Assembly (NCBI GenBank): GCA_958296135.2
Contig: CATQHZ020000001.1
Span: 4,608,001 to 4,672,000 of the forward strand
DNA from: an uncultured Poribacteria bacterium
Lineage (GTDB): Bacteria > Poribacteria > WGA-4E > WGA-3G
Direction: 5' to 3'
Length of the DNA stretch: 64,000 nt
Within the stretch, counting starts at the first letter, position 1; the number at the start of each line of letters is the position of its first letter. The notes beneath the pieces were generated by a model. It worked only from the letters and a program-made list of their open reading frames with translations. It did no database searches and was not told the origin of the DNA. Of the stretch, positions 37,915 through 46,899 are shown in pieces. The translations under genes and the position numbers were made by a program.

Positions 37915-39153
37915 ATGAATTGCGATGCGAAACTTCAACAATTGAACGGGCTTCTCAATACACATCATCAGTATCGGCAAACCTGCCTCAACCTTATCGC
38001 TTCGGAGAATACGCCTTCGCCGATGGTAGAGGCACTGCTTGACGAACGGCTCGCGCGGCGATACGGGAACTATATCGGCATCGATGTTTATCGGCGGCAC
38101 TACAAAGGCAACCGCCACATCGCCGAGATAGAGGCGTTCACGCACGAGTTAGCGAAAGAGCTCTTCGGCGCGGCTTACGTCGATTTTCGGCCGCTTTCCG
38201 GCAACATCGCGGGACTCGCAGCGACGTTCGCGCTATGCGAACCGGGCGATACACTGCTGGAGGTCAACGATGGACACCGATACGCCTATAAACTGGCATC
38301 ATCTCCGCTGAGGGTAAACCTCAACTCAATTCCGATTCCGTGGGACGGCCCACGTTCAAATATCGCGCTGCCCGAAACGCTTGCGCTCATTGAGAAACAT
38401 CGTCCGAGGGTGGTGAACGTCGGTTCTGGGGTATTTCTCTTTCCGCAGCCGGTTCGGGAATTGAAAACTGCGATGCGGCGCGCCAATCCGGATTCATATC
38501 TCATCTACGATGCGGCGCATGTCATGGGACTTATCGCCGGGGGCAGGTTTCAGTCACCTTTTGATGAAGGCGCGGACATCATCATTTCCAGCACACATAA
38601 AACCCTTGCCGGCCCACAAGGCGGCATGATACTAACCAACGATAACTCCATCGCGGAACGGATAGCGCAGACGCTCTATCCGTTGCTGATGAGCAATCAC
38701 CACCTGAGTCGGCTACCCGCGTTAGCCGGAACGTTCTTAGAGTGGATGGCCTACGGACAAGAACATGCCGATGCCATCGTTGCAAACGCGAAGGCTCTGG
38801 CACAGGCATTGGCACACCGCGGCGTGCCACTTCTCGCCGCCGAACTCGGCTTCACAGCGTCGCATACGTTGATACCGATTGTAGATAGTTATGGCGAAGG
38901 CGGCGAACTCGCCGCGCAACTGGAAACGTGCCATATTATCGCCGGCGCTGCCGGCTTGCCACCGGACGTGGGTACCTCTGGACTCCGACTCGGCGTGCAA
39001 GAGGTAACCCGATGGGGGATGACACCGGCGGATGCACCGGACATTGCAGATTGCATTCTCGCGGCACTCACCGGTGAGAATCCTGACATTGTCAAACCGA
39101 AAGTTGCACAGGTGGCGCGCCGCTTTGATACAGTGCGCTGGACGCTTTTTTAG
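37915..39153 (+). CDS. Divergent serine hydroxymethyltransferase-like PLP enzyme
   Basis: LNLIASEN, YDAAHVMGL, STHKTLAGPQGG (PLP Lys), SGLRLG; lacks the AEGYP and GGHLSHG motifs. Confidence 0.8.
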   Translation: MNCDAKLQQLNGLLNTHHQYRQTCLNLIASENTPSPMVEALLDERLARRYGNYIGIDVYRRHYKGNRHIAEIEAFTHELAKELFGAAYVDFRPLSGNIAGLAATFALCEPGDTLLEVNDGHRYAYKLASSPLRVNLNSIPIPWDGPRSNIALPETLALIEKHRPRVVNVGSGVFLFPQPVRELKTAMRRANPDSYLIYDAAHVMGLIAGGRFQSPFDEGADIIISSTHKTLAGPQGGMILTNDNSIAERIAQTLYPLLMSNHHLSRLPALAGTFLEWMAYGQEHADAIVANAKALAQALAHRGVPLLAAELGFTASHTLIPIVDSYGEGGELAAQLETCHIIAGAAGLPPDVGTSGLRLGVQEVTRWGMTPADAPDIADCILAALTGENPDIVKPKVAQVARRFDTVRWTLF

Positions 39154-39187
39154 TGCCGTTAGGCACGACATGTTTATAGGAGGAAAT

Positions 39188-40501
39188 ATGCTAGAAAAGC
39201 TCTTTAAACTTAACGAATTAGGCACAACGGCGAAGCGCGAGATTATCGCAGGCTGCACAACCTTCATGACGTTGTCCTATATCATTTTCGTCTGCCCCGC
39301 CCTTATGAAACTGACCGGCATGAATGAAGGGGCCGCTATGGTGGCTACCTGCCTCGCGGCCGCGGGCTCTATGTTTCTGATGGCGTTCCTTGCGAACTAC
39401 CCCATCGCATTGGCACCCGGGATGGGCATTATCCCCGTTTTTGTCTTTGGGCTCTGCCAAGGCTTGGGGTTACCGTGGCAAGAGGCACTCGGCATCGTTT
39501 TCATCTCCGGTGTCTTATTCATTGTGCTTGCTGTCGCCGGGGTGCGCGAGGCGGTGATGAACGCGATTCCACGCTCCCTTCAACAGGCCATTGCAGTCGG
39601 CATCGGGTTGTTCATTGCCTTCATCGGTTTGAAGATGGGCGGCATCGTCGTCTCGCACCCTGCGACGTTCGTAACGCACGGCAAATTTGTCTCCCCGCCG
39701 GTGCTCCTCGCACTGTTCGGTATTGTGCTGACGATGGTGCTCATGGCACGCAAGGTGCCAGGCGCGATTCTCATCGCCATGCTCGGCACAGCCGTGCTCA
39801 GCCTCCTGTTCGGGCTGGTGAAATTTGAGGGAATCGTTGCAGCGCCGCCTTCCATCGCGCCAACAGCGTTCAAGTTGCAATTTCCAAACGTCTTCGCCAG
39901 GCCAGAACTATTCGCCATGATTTTCGTCTTCTTCTTCGTAGACATGTTCGATAGCATCGGCACCTTCACGGCCATTGGACATCAGGGGGGGCTGCTCACC
40001 GATGGCAAACTCCCGAAAGCGCGACAGGCACTGCTCACAGACGCAATCGGTTCCGCTGGCGGCGCACTCCTCGGCACCTCCACGGTGACGAGTTACATTG
40101 AGAGCGCATCCGGTATCGCCGCTGGAGGACGCACTGGGCTTACCGCTATTGTCACAGGGCTGCTCATGTTGGTGGCACTGTTTTTCAGCCCCCTCGTCCA
40201 AATCGTTGGGGCCCCTATTGGCGAAGCAAATTTGAATCCCGCGATTGCCCCCGCTTTAATTATTGTCGGCAGTCTCATGATTAAAGGCATCGTCACCATT
40301 GAATGGGATGATCTGACGGAAGCGGTTCCAGCATTTCTGACGCTCATCATGATGCCGCTCGCTTTCAGTGTTACGGATGGCATCGCCTACGGATTTATCG
40401 CGTATGCCTTCATGAAACTCGTAACCGGACGCGCGAAAGAGGCGCATTGGCTCATCTACCTGTTCGCCGTCCTCTTTATCGTGCTGTATTTCGTCCGATA
40501 G
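39188..40501 (+). CDS. NCS2/AzgA-family nucleobase permease
   Basis: EIIAGCTTFMTLSYI, PIALAPGMG, DMFDSIGT, YIESASGI..GGRTGLT. Confidence 0.92.
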   Translation: MLEKLFKLNELGTTAKREIIAGCTTFMTLSYIIFVCPALMKLTGMNEGAAMVATCLAAAGSMFLMAFLANYPIALAPGMGIIPVFVFGLCQGLGLPWQEALGIVFISGVLFIVLAVAGVREAVMNAIPRSLQQAIAVGIGLFIAFIGLKMGGIVVSHPATFVTHGKFVSPPVLLALFGIVLTMVLMARKVPGAILIAMLGTAVLSLLFGLVKFEGIVAAPPSIAPTAFKLQFPNVFARPELFAMIFVFFFVDMFDSIGTFTAIGHQGGLLTDGKLPKARQALLTDAIGSAGGALLGTSTVTSYIESASGIAAGGRTGLTAIVTGLLMLVALFFSPLVQIVGAPIGEANLNPAIAPALIIVGSLMIKGIVTIEWDDLTEAVPAFLTLIMMPLAFSVTDGIAYGFIAYAFMKLVTGRAKEAHWLIYLFAVLFIVLYFVR

Positions 40502-40692
40502 CACGCAGCACACACCTTGTCGGCGCGGTTCTCAACCGCACCGGGAACCCAACTGTCCGGTAGGCGCACTTCCAAAGCGCGCCTACCAGAGGTAGCATCA
40601 AAAACGTAGTCATTGACAACGTCAATGACGGCCCTAGCAAACAGCCGTGATTGCACGACAAACGCATTGCGACATACAAAAAGGCGGAAAAT

Positions 40693-42015
40693 ATGCTAGA
40701 AAAACTATTTCGCTTGAAAGAACTTGAGACATCAGTCAGACGCGAGATTGTGGCAGGCTGCACAACCTTCATGACGCTGTCCTATATTATCTTCGTTAAC
40801 CCTGCCCTTCTTTCACAAACCGGCATGAATAGCGGTTCCATCATGGTGGCCACCTGCGTCTCTAGCGCACTGGCGATGTTCCTGATGGGATTTCTGACCA
40901 ACTATCCCATCGCATTAGCACCGGGAATGGGCATTAACGCCTACTTTGTCTTCAACCTTTGCTTAGGTTTAGGGCTACCGTGGCAAGAAGCACTCGGCAT
41001 CGTTTTCATCTCCGGTGCCTTATTCGTGCTGCTCTCCTGCGTCGGCGTGCGGGAAACGCTGATGAACTCTCTGCCCTCTTCACTGCAAAATGCGATGGCC
41101 GGCGGCATCGGGTTGTTCATCGCTTTCATCGGTTTGCAGATGAGCGGCATCGTCACCTCGCACCCAGCCACGTTTGTCACACTCGGCAAGCTGGGCTCTA
41201 CGCCAGTGCTCCTCTCGCTGCTCGGTATTATGATAACGCTGCTCCTCATGGCGCGCAATGTACCGGGCGCAATTCTCATCGGCATCCTGACATCGGCCGT
41301 GCTCAGCTTGGCGTTTGGCCTGGTGAAATTTGAGGGAATCGTCGCCGCACCGCCCTCCATCGCGCCGACATTCTTCGCACTCAAATTCCCAGATTTCAGC
41401 AGAATGGAACTCATCCCTGTCATCTTTGTCTTCTTTTCTGTTGACATGTTTGATAGCGTCGGCACCTTCACCGCGACGAGTCAACAGGCAGGGCTGCTTA
41501 AATACGGGAGACTCCCAAAGGCACGAAACGCGCTTTTGGCAGACGCAATCGGTTCCACGGGCGGCGCACTCTTGGGAACCTCCACAGTGACAAGTTATAT
41601 TGAAAGCGCGTCCGGCATCGCTAATGGCGGACGCACCGGGCTGACAACTATTGTCACCGGACTGCTGATGTTGGTGGCACTCTTCTTTAGTCCGCTCATT
41701 AAAATTGTTGGCGGCGGATATGTCGTCGATGGCGGAGGAGTCCTTTATCCAGTAATCGCACCCGCCTTAATCATCGTCGGATGTTTAATGCTTAAACCCA
41801 TCGTCAACATCAAGTGGGACGACATCACCGAAGCCATACCGGCGTTCCTCTGCTTGGTGATGATGCCGCTCAGTTTCAGCATTACGGACGGAATCGCGTT
41901 AGGGTTCATCTCTACCGCTATCCTGAAACTCGTCACCAACCGCAGAAAAGAGGTACACGAATTCATCTATTACTTCGCTGTCTTCTTCATCGCGCGGTAC
42001 ATTGGATTCGCATAG
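40693..42015 (+). CDS. NCS2/AzgA-family nucleobase permease (tandem paralog)
   Basis: Same motifs as the upstream gene, with clear nucleotide similarity. Confidence 0.92.
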   Translation: MLEKLFRLKELETSVRREIVAGCTTFMTLSYIIFVNPALLSQTGMNSGSIMVATCVSSALAMFLMGFLTNYPIALAPGMGINAYFVFNLCLGLGLPWQEALGIVFISGALFVLLSCVGVRETLMNSLPSSLQNAMAGGIGLFIAFIGLQMSGIVTSHPATFVTLGKLGSTPVLLSLLGIMITLLLMARNVPGAILIGILTSAVLSLAFGLVKFEGIVAAPPSIAPTFFALKFPDFSRMELIPVIFVFFSVDMFDSVGTFTATSQQAGLLKYGRLPKARNALLADAIGSTGGALLGTSTVTSYIESASGIANGGRTGLTTIVTGLLMLVALFFSPLIKIVGGGYVVDGGGVLYPVIAPALIIVGCLMLKPIVNIKWDDITEAIPAFLCLVMMPLSFSITDGIALGFISTAILKLVTNRRKEVHEFIYYFAVFFIARYIGFA

Positions 42016-42296
42016 AGGCGCAACCTGACTCTCGCCAGGCACCAATCTCATCGGAAGACGTTCTCCCGCGCTGCTATCCAAGACCGGGGGGACAGCGAGG
42101 GGAACCCTCGGCGATTAGCTATCGCTGGGTTTTCCCTCGCACTACGGCGAAAATCCTCCTTTACCGTGGGACAGCAAGGGCCCGGCAGTCACTAACTGCC
42201 GGGCCCTCGCACTACGGTGAAAACTTTGAGCTCATTTTTCTTGACACTTAACATATTTTTATGATATAATAATTCAAAACCCATTAAGGAAAAATC

Positions 42297-43565
42297 GTGG
42301 CAATGAACAAGACCGGATTTATTGAAGCAGTCCGCAACGAAGACGTGAAAACCGTCAAAAACCTGTTGGAAAATGATACCGTCCTCGCTGCGCATATTAA
42401 CGAACCGTGGTTTGATTTTGATGCGCCCGCGATTGTCTTCGCGGCCTCAACCGGAAACAGCGAACTCATCGATGTCCTCCTCGATGCCGGTGCCGACATT
42501 GATGTCAAGAGCTCGTGGTGGGCAGGCGGCACATCGGCGTTGCAGCACGTCGCGGGTTCCATGCTCGCCTATAACAAGGAATTGGCAGCGCATCTCATCT
42601 CCCGTGGCGCGACAATCGATGCACACGCCGCCGCGGGTTTGGACATGCCGGCGAAACTTGAGGCACTCATCCGCGAAAACCCGGATGTCGTCAACGCGCC
42701 CGGTTGCGACGGGATGTCACCGCTCCATTTCGCCGCAACACCGCGGGTTGCTGAGTTGCTCCTCGCGCACGGCGCAGACAAAAACCTGCGAGACCGGGAC
42801 CACAACGGCACCGCCGCCCAATGGACAATGTGGAACCGCCCCGAGGTCTGCCGCTACCTCCTCGAACAAGGCGCAGAAGGCGATATTGTGCTTTATTGCG
42901 CGATGGGCAACGTTGAACGCGCGAAGGCGACACTGCAGGAAAACCCCGCACTGCTCGATCTTCGGATAAAAGCAGAACTCTCCGAGGGCTACGCCATCGC
43001 GCCATTGAATTGGCCCTACAAGCACGGCAAACGCGGCGGCGAGGTACCCGGAGGCCACGTCTACGCCTACGAAGTCGGACGGAATACGCCGCTACTTGAA
43101 GTCGCACTGCGGTTCAAACAACCCGCGATAATTGACATGCTCTTGGAGTGCGGGTATCAGATCAAACTGCGGGAGTGGTATTCCCTCGTCGGACAGGGCC
43201 CGCGGCGGTTCGATGAACTCGTCAAGGGTTTCCTGAGCAGAGGATGGGACATCAACGCGCGTCAAAAACATCGGCACGGGATGTGGGCACCCTTGCATTG
43301 GCTGGCGCAACGCGGGTTAACCCCCGGCATCCGCATCTTACTCGAAAACGGTGCGGACCCGAACGTTGTCGATGACAAAGGGCGAACGCCTATGCATATC
43401 ATCGCGCAAAAAGGCGTAGGGAAAAACCAAGTACAACTGCTCACCAAACACGGCGGCGATGTCAACACGCGCGATGACGATGGACAAACACCGCTTAACT
43501 CTGCGCAGAAAGCGAAGAACAAATCAGTCGCGAATTTCCTTGCAGAATTCGCAACAGATGCCTGA
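42297..43565 (+). CDS. Ankyrin repeat protein
   Basis: LLDAGADID, SPLHFAA, APLHWLA and GRTPMH repeats. Start is 42297 or 42303; a promoter-like TTGACA lies at 42241. Confidence 0.88.
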   Translation: MAMNKTGFIEAVRNEDVKTVKNLLENDTVLAAHINEPWFDFDAPAIVFAASTGNSELIDVLLDAGADIDVKSSWWAGGTSALQHVAGSMLAYNKELAAHLISRGATIDAHAAAGLDMPAKLEALIRENPDVVNAPGCDGMSPLHFAATPRVAELLLAHGADKNLRDRDHNGTAAQWTMWNRPEVCRYLLEQGAEGDIVLYCAMGNVERAKATLQENPALLDLRIKAELSEGYAIAPLNWPYKHGKRGGEVPGGHVYAYEVGRNTPLLEVALRFKQPAIIDMLLECGYQIKLREWYSLVGQGPRRFDELVKGFLSRGWDINARQKHRHGMWAPLHWLAQRGLTPGIRILLENGADPNVVDDKGRTPMHIIAQKGVGKNQVQLLTKHGGDVNTRDDDGQTPLNSAQKAKNKSVANFLAEFATDA

Positions 43566-43660
43566 AAAAAGATGCCAGACTTGACAACGTCACGTCTGCC
43601 TAACAAGATAACGTCAGTGACACAGAAACAACTGAACAACCACTAGGAACAACAAAAAAA

Positions 43661-44665
43661 ATGATGAAATCGTTTGCAACACTTGCGACGCTCCTATGGT
43701 GCGTGTCAGCGGAGGGGGCCGCGTTGACAGTAGTGTTTCAACTCGGCGAGCAACAGGAGCCGACACTCGACAGGCTCCTCCCCGATGTCGCGCGATTTAT
43801 GGCGTTTAATAAGGACAGCACCAAACTCATCGCGAAAGGGATGGGCGGCACCGTCGTCGAATGGGATATGGAGACGCGCCAAAAGCGAGAAGTGACGAAC
43901 ATCAACGCGAAGCGGTGGTTCGCCTATGCTACCGGCACAAATCAACTGCTCGTGAGAAAAGCGGATGACGACATCGTGCGCCTCAACCTTGAGAATGGTA
44001 AGGAAACGCACCTGACAAACGGGGAGTATGAAAGCGGCGATATGTCCCACGATGGAACGCTCGCTGTCCTAACGAAAGGCGACGAATTTGTCGAAGTCTG
44101 GCAGATTCAGCCCGCCCCGGCTCAACAACTGAAAACGTTGAAGACAGCCTTTCCCGCGCGGAACGGCATCGCCATCTCATCCACAGGAAACGCTATCGCC
44201 ACCGCGGAAGGCACCTATCACGAGGAACATCGGACGGTAATTGAACTGTGGGAGACATCGCAAGAAATGCCAGCGCGTCTCATCAACACCGGCACCACTC
44301 TGGGAGTGTGGAACCTGATATTCTCTCCCGATGGAACGATGCTGGCAGTTGACACACAGCAACACGCGAAATCCGGCATCCGCGTCTGGGAAGTAGAAAC
44401 GGGGAGACAACTGCTGAACCGAGACGGATTTGAGGCGTATTGGACCCGGGCACTCGCCTTCTCACCGGCACGCCCCGCCGACACGCTTGCCTCTGGCGAT
44501 GAGGGCGGCAATCTAGTCTTGTGGGACATCCGCACCGATGAGGCAGTGTGGCGAGAAACCTATGCCACCGGCATCCAAGCCATTGCCTTCTCACCGAACG
44601 GCAAATATGTGGCAGTCGCACTTTGGGATACTACCATTCAAATGCTACGATGGAGGAAACAATGA
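43661..44665 (+). CDS. WD40 repeat protein
   Basis: FSPDGTMLA, LASGDEGGNLVLWD, AFSPNGKYVA. Confidence 0.85.
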   Translation: MMKSFATLATLLWCVSAEGAALTVVFQLGEQQEPTLDRLLPDVARFMAFNKDSTKLIAKGMGGTVVEWDMETRQKREVTNINAKRWFAYATGTNQLLVRKADDDIVRLNLENGKETHLTNGEYESGDMSHDGTLAVLTKGDEFVEVWQIQPAPAQQLKTLKTAFPARNGIAISSTGNAIATAEGTYHEEHRTVIELWETSQEMPARLINTGTTLGVWNLIFSPDGTMLAVDTQQHAKSGIRVWEVETGRQLLNRDGFEAYWTRALAFSPARPADTLASGDEGGNLVLWDIRTDEAVWRETYATGIQAIAFSPNGKYVAVALWDTTIQMLRWRKQ

Positions 44666-45174
44666 GCACCACAGGCAGCTACATCGATGAAAAGGGACGC
44701 ACCCGGTGGCACCGCAACGACGAACTCGCACTCAGACTTTTGGAGCTCCATACCTTCCTCATCATCACCGATTATCCGGAAGAACACGCAGCGCGATACC
44801 CGCGGCTGGCACATGCTATCTCCCGCTTCCCAGAATCGATCGAAGAAGTCTTCAAGCAAGGCCGGCTCCGCGAAGAAATTCCCGGAGTCGGTGCAACAAT
44901 TGAGACAATCATCGGTGAATTCCTGACGACCGGCACCAGCGCGAAGTTAGAGGAATGCATCTGCGACACCCCACGCACCATCGCCGAACTCGTCCCCATC
45001 CCCGGACTCGGTGCCAAAACGATTAAACGGCTCTATTTGGAGCGCGGCGTGGAGAGCCTCGTCTCGTTGCGAGCGGCAATCGATGAGGGACGACTCAAGG
45101 GGTTCCGCGGCATTGGCCCGAAGACGTTGGAGAAAATTGAGGTGTATCTGAATAACACGCTCCTTGGAACATAG
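44662..45174 (+). CDS. Stand-alone PolX N-terminal helix-hairpin-helix protein (no polymerase or PHP domain)
   Basis: NDELA..., IPGVG, IPGLGAKT and RGIGPKT HhH motifs; stops before the palm domain. Confidence 0.75.
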   Translation: MSTTGSYIDEKGRTRWHRNDELALRLLELHTFLIITDYPEEHAARYPRLAHAISRFPESIEEVFKQGRLREEIPGVGATIETIIGEFLTTGTSAKLEECICDTPRTIAELVPIPGLGAKTIKRLYLERGVESLVSLRAAIDEGRLKGFRGIGPKTLEKIEVYLNNTLLGT

Positions 45175-45282
45175 GGCGAGCACTTGGGGCGGCCTCCATG
45201 CCCCAAGCCTCCCTCATACCGCAGCAAGGGACAGGCCCCCGCCGTGCTAGAATCCAAACAAAAAGATTCGAGCATCGGCCGG

Positions 45283-45390
45283 TTTTTAGCAATAAACCTG
45301 ATGCCCCGCTTGATTTGCGCGTAGAACGAATGCGGCTTTCCAAAAACGAGACGCAACTGAAATATAACGAGTTTCTCACGCTGGCGCGGC
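45283..45390 (+). pseudogene. Fragment resembling the Type ISP restriction-modification C-terminal domain
   Basis: Encodes NKPDAPLDLRVERMRLSKNETQLKYNEFLTLA, similar to the recalled ISP pattern ..WRVEKMKLSKDKT.L.YNDFLTL. Confidence 0.5.
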
Positions 45391-45497
45391 GCGGCCGCCG
45401 CTTGGCACGTAGGACGGTTTTAATTGATTTTTTCCTTGAAACGTGGTAGACTTTAAGAAGAAAAACGCAGCGCGAAATCAGAAAAGGAGGCACCCCT

Positions 45498-46301
45498 ATG
45501 ATTTCCGCAAAAGAGATTCAAGCCACTTGTGATGACATCGTGCGCGAATTCGCACCGCAACAAGTTATCCTCTTCGGTTCCTACGCGTCTGGCACGCCGA
45601 CAGAAAAATCGGATGTCGATCTGCTCATCGTGATGACAGCACTAAAATCGGATACGCGCCAGCAAGCGTGGGAAATGAAAAAACGCATCCCAAATAGGTG
45701 CCGCCTTGACTTGCACGTTCGTTCACCGGAGGAACTGGCGTATCGCGTCTCGCACAACGACTGGTTTCTGCGCGAGATTCTCGAAAAAGGCCACGTGCTT
45801 TATAACACCGAGAATGCAGTGCCCGAATTCGATATCTCAGAAAACGCCCGGGTGCCGATTTGGACGGAGACAGGTGCTATGAACCCGTTGACACTAGAGT
45901 GGGTAGAATTGGCTGAAACCGATTATGATTCGGCAAAGTTGCATCTTCAACATTCATTCAGACGCGCGTCCCATAACAAAATTTGTTTCAACGCACAGCA
46001 GTGTATCGAAAAATACCTGAAAGCGTGGCTACAAGAAGCGAACCTCCCTATTCCGAGGACGCACGATTTGAACGAATTGCTGGATTTGGTTGTGTCGTCG
46101 CAACCCGCGTGGGAGACGTGGAGAACCGACTTTTCCGCGTTTGACAAATATGCGGTGGATGCTCGTTACCCCGGCTATTTCGCGACAGAAGCGGATGCTG
46201 AGCAGGCGGTGCGCATCTGCGACGAGGTGCGCCGAACCGTTCGCGCCCTGCTGGAATTGAGCCAAGAAGTAAGAAATCACAACGTGAATTCGGCCGGATA
46301 G
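45498..46301 (+). CDS. Fused minimal nucleotidyltransferase (MNT) + HEPN protein
   Basis: ILFGSYA...SDVDLL, then MNPLTLEW..AQQCIEKYLKA..RTHDL..ARYP; promoter TTGATT-N17-TAGACT at 45424-45452. Confidence 0.88.
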   Translation: MISAKEIQATCDDIVREFAPQQVILFGSYASGTPTEKSDVDLLIVMTALKSDTRQQAWEMKKRIPNRCRLDLHVRSPEELAYRVSHNDWFLREILEKGHVLYNTENAVPEFDISENARVPIWTETGAMNPLTLEWVELAETDYDSAKLHLQHSFRRASHNKICFNAQQCIEKYLKAWLQEANLPIPRTHDLNELLDLVVSSQPAWETWRTDFSAFDKYAVDARYPGYFATEADAEQAVRICDEVRRTVRALLELSQEVRNHNVNSAG

Positions 46302-46353
46302 ATGGACAGTTGTCCCGCCAGACGCGTTGAAACACCGCTAGGAAATACAAAAC

Positions 46354-46827
46354 ATGGCAAAATCACTAACCGATGGCGAAATGCGCAACGGCAAAAAACA
46401 CGGTTATTGGACGACGTACTACGCCAACGGATTCAAGCGGAGCGAAGGCCGCTATATCGATGGCAAGAAAGAGGGACTGTGGCTCCAATATCATAAAAAC
46501 GGGAACAAGGCTAGTGAAGCCACCTTCCGCGATGGAAAAAACGACGGCGACTATCTATGCTATTATGAAAACGGAAACCGCAAATGGGGCGGCCCCTACC
46601 ACAAACACGATGGCACATCGGCCGATGGCAGGAAAGAGGGAGTCTGGCTCTGCTACGAGGAAGATGGTGAGACGGTGTGGCGCATCATTACCTATAAAAA
46701 AGGGGGAAGTCGCGCGAAGCCCGATGAATACCCCCTCGGCACCTGCCACGTCTGCAGCGAAGGCAGACGTTCAACGTGGGGCGATACTTGTCCCAAATGC
46801 GGCGCAGAGCTCAGCGAATCGCCTTGA
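46354..46827 (+). CDS. MORN-variant repeat (YwqK-like) protein with C-terminal Zn ribbon
   Basis: GKKHGYWTTYYANG-type repeats; CHVC...CPKC. Confidence 0.78.
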   Translation: MAKSLTDGEMRNGKKHGYWTTYYANGFKRSEGRYIDGKKEGLWLQYHKNGNKASEATFRDGKNDGDYLCYYENGNRKWGGPYHKHDGTSADGRKEGVWLCYEEDGETVWRIITYKKGGSRAKPDEYPLGTCHVCSEGRRSTWGDTCPKCGAELSESP

Positions 46828-46899
46828 AAAATTCCGAATTCTTTGTCGAAATCAGGGTTTCAGGAAACAAATAATCCTGAAAAGACAGAGGATAAATCT

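Noticed and set aside
40502-40692. Purine riboswitch before the NCS2 permeases
   Set aside because: No purine aptamer consensus; the gap is filled by REP-family palindromes.
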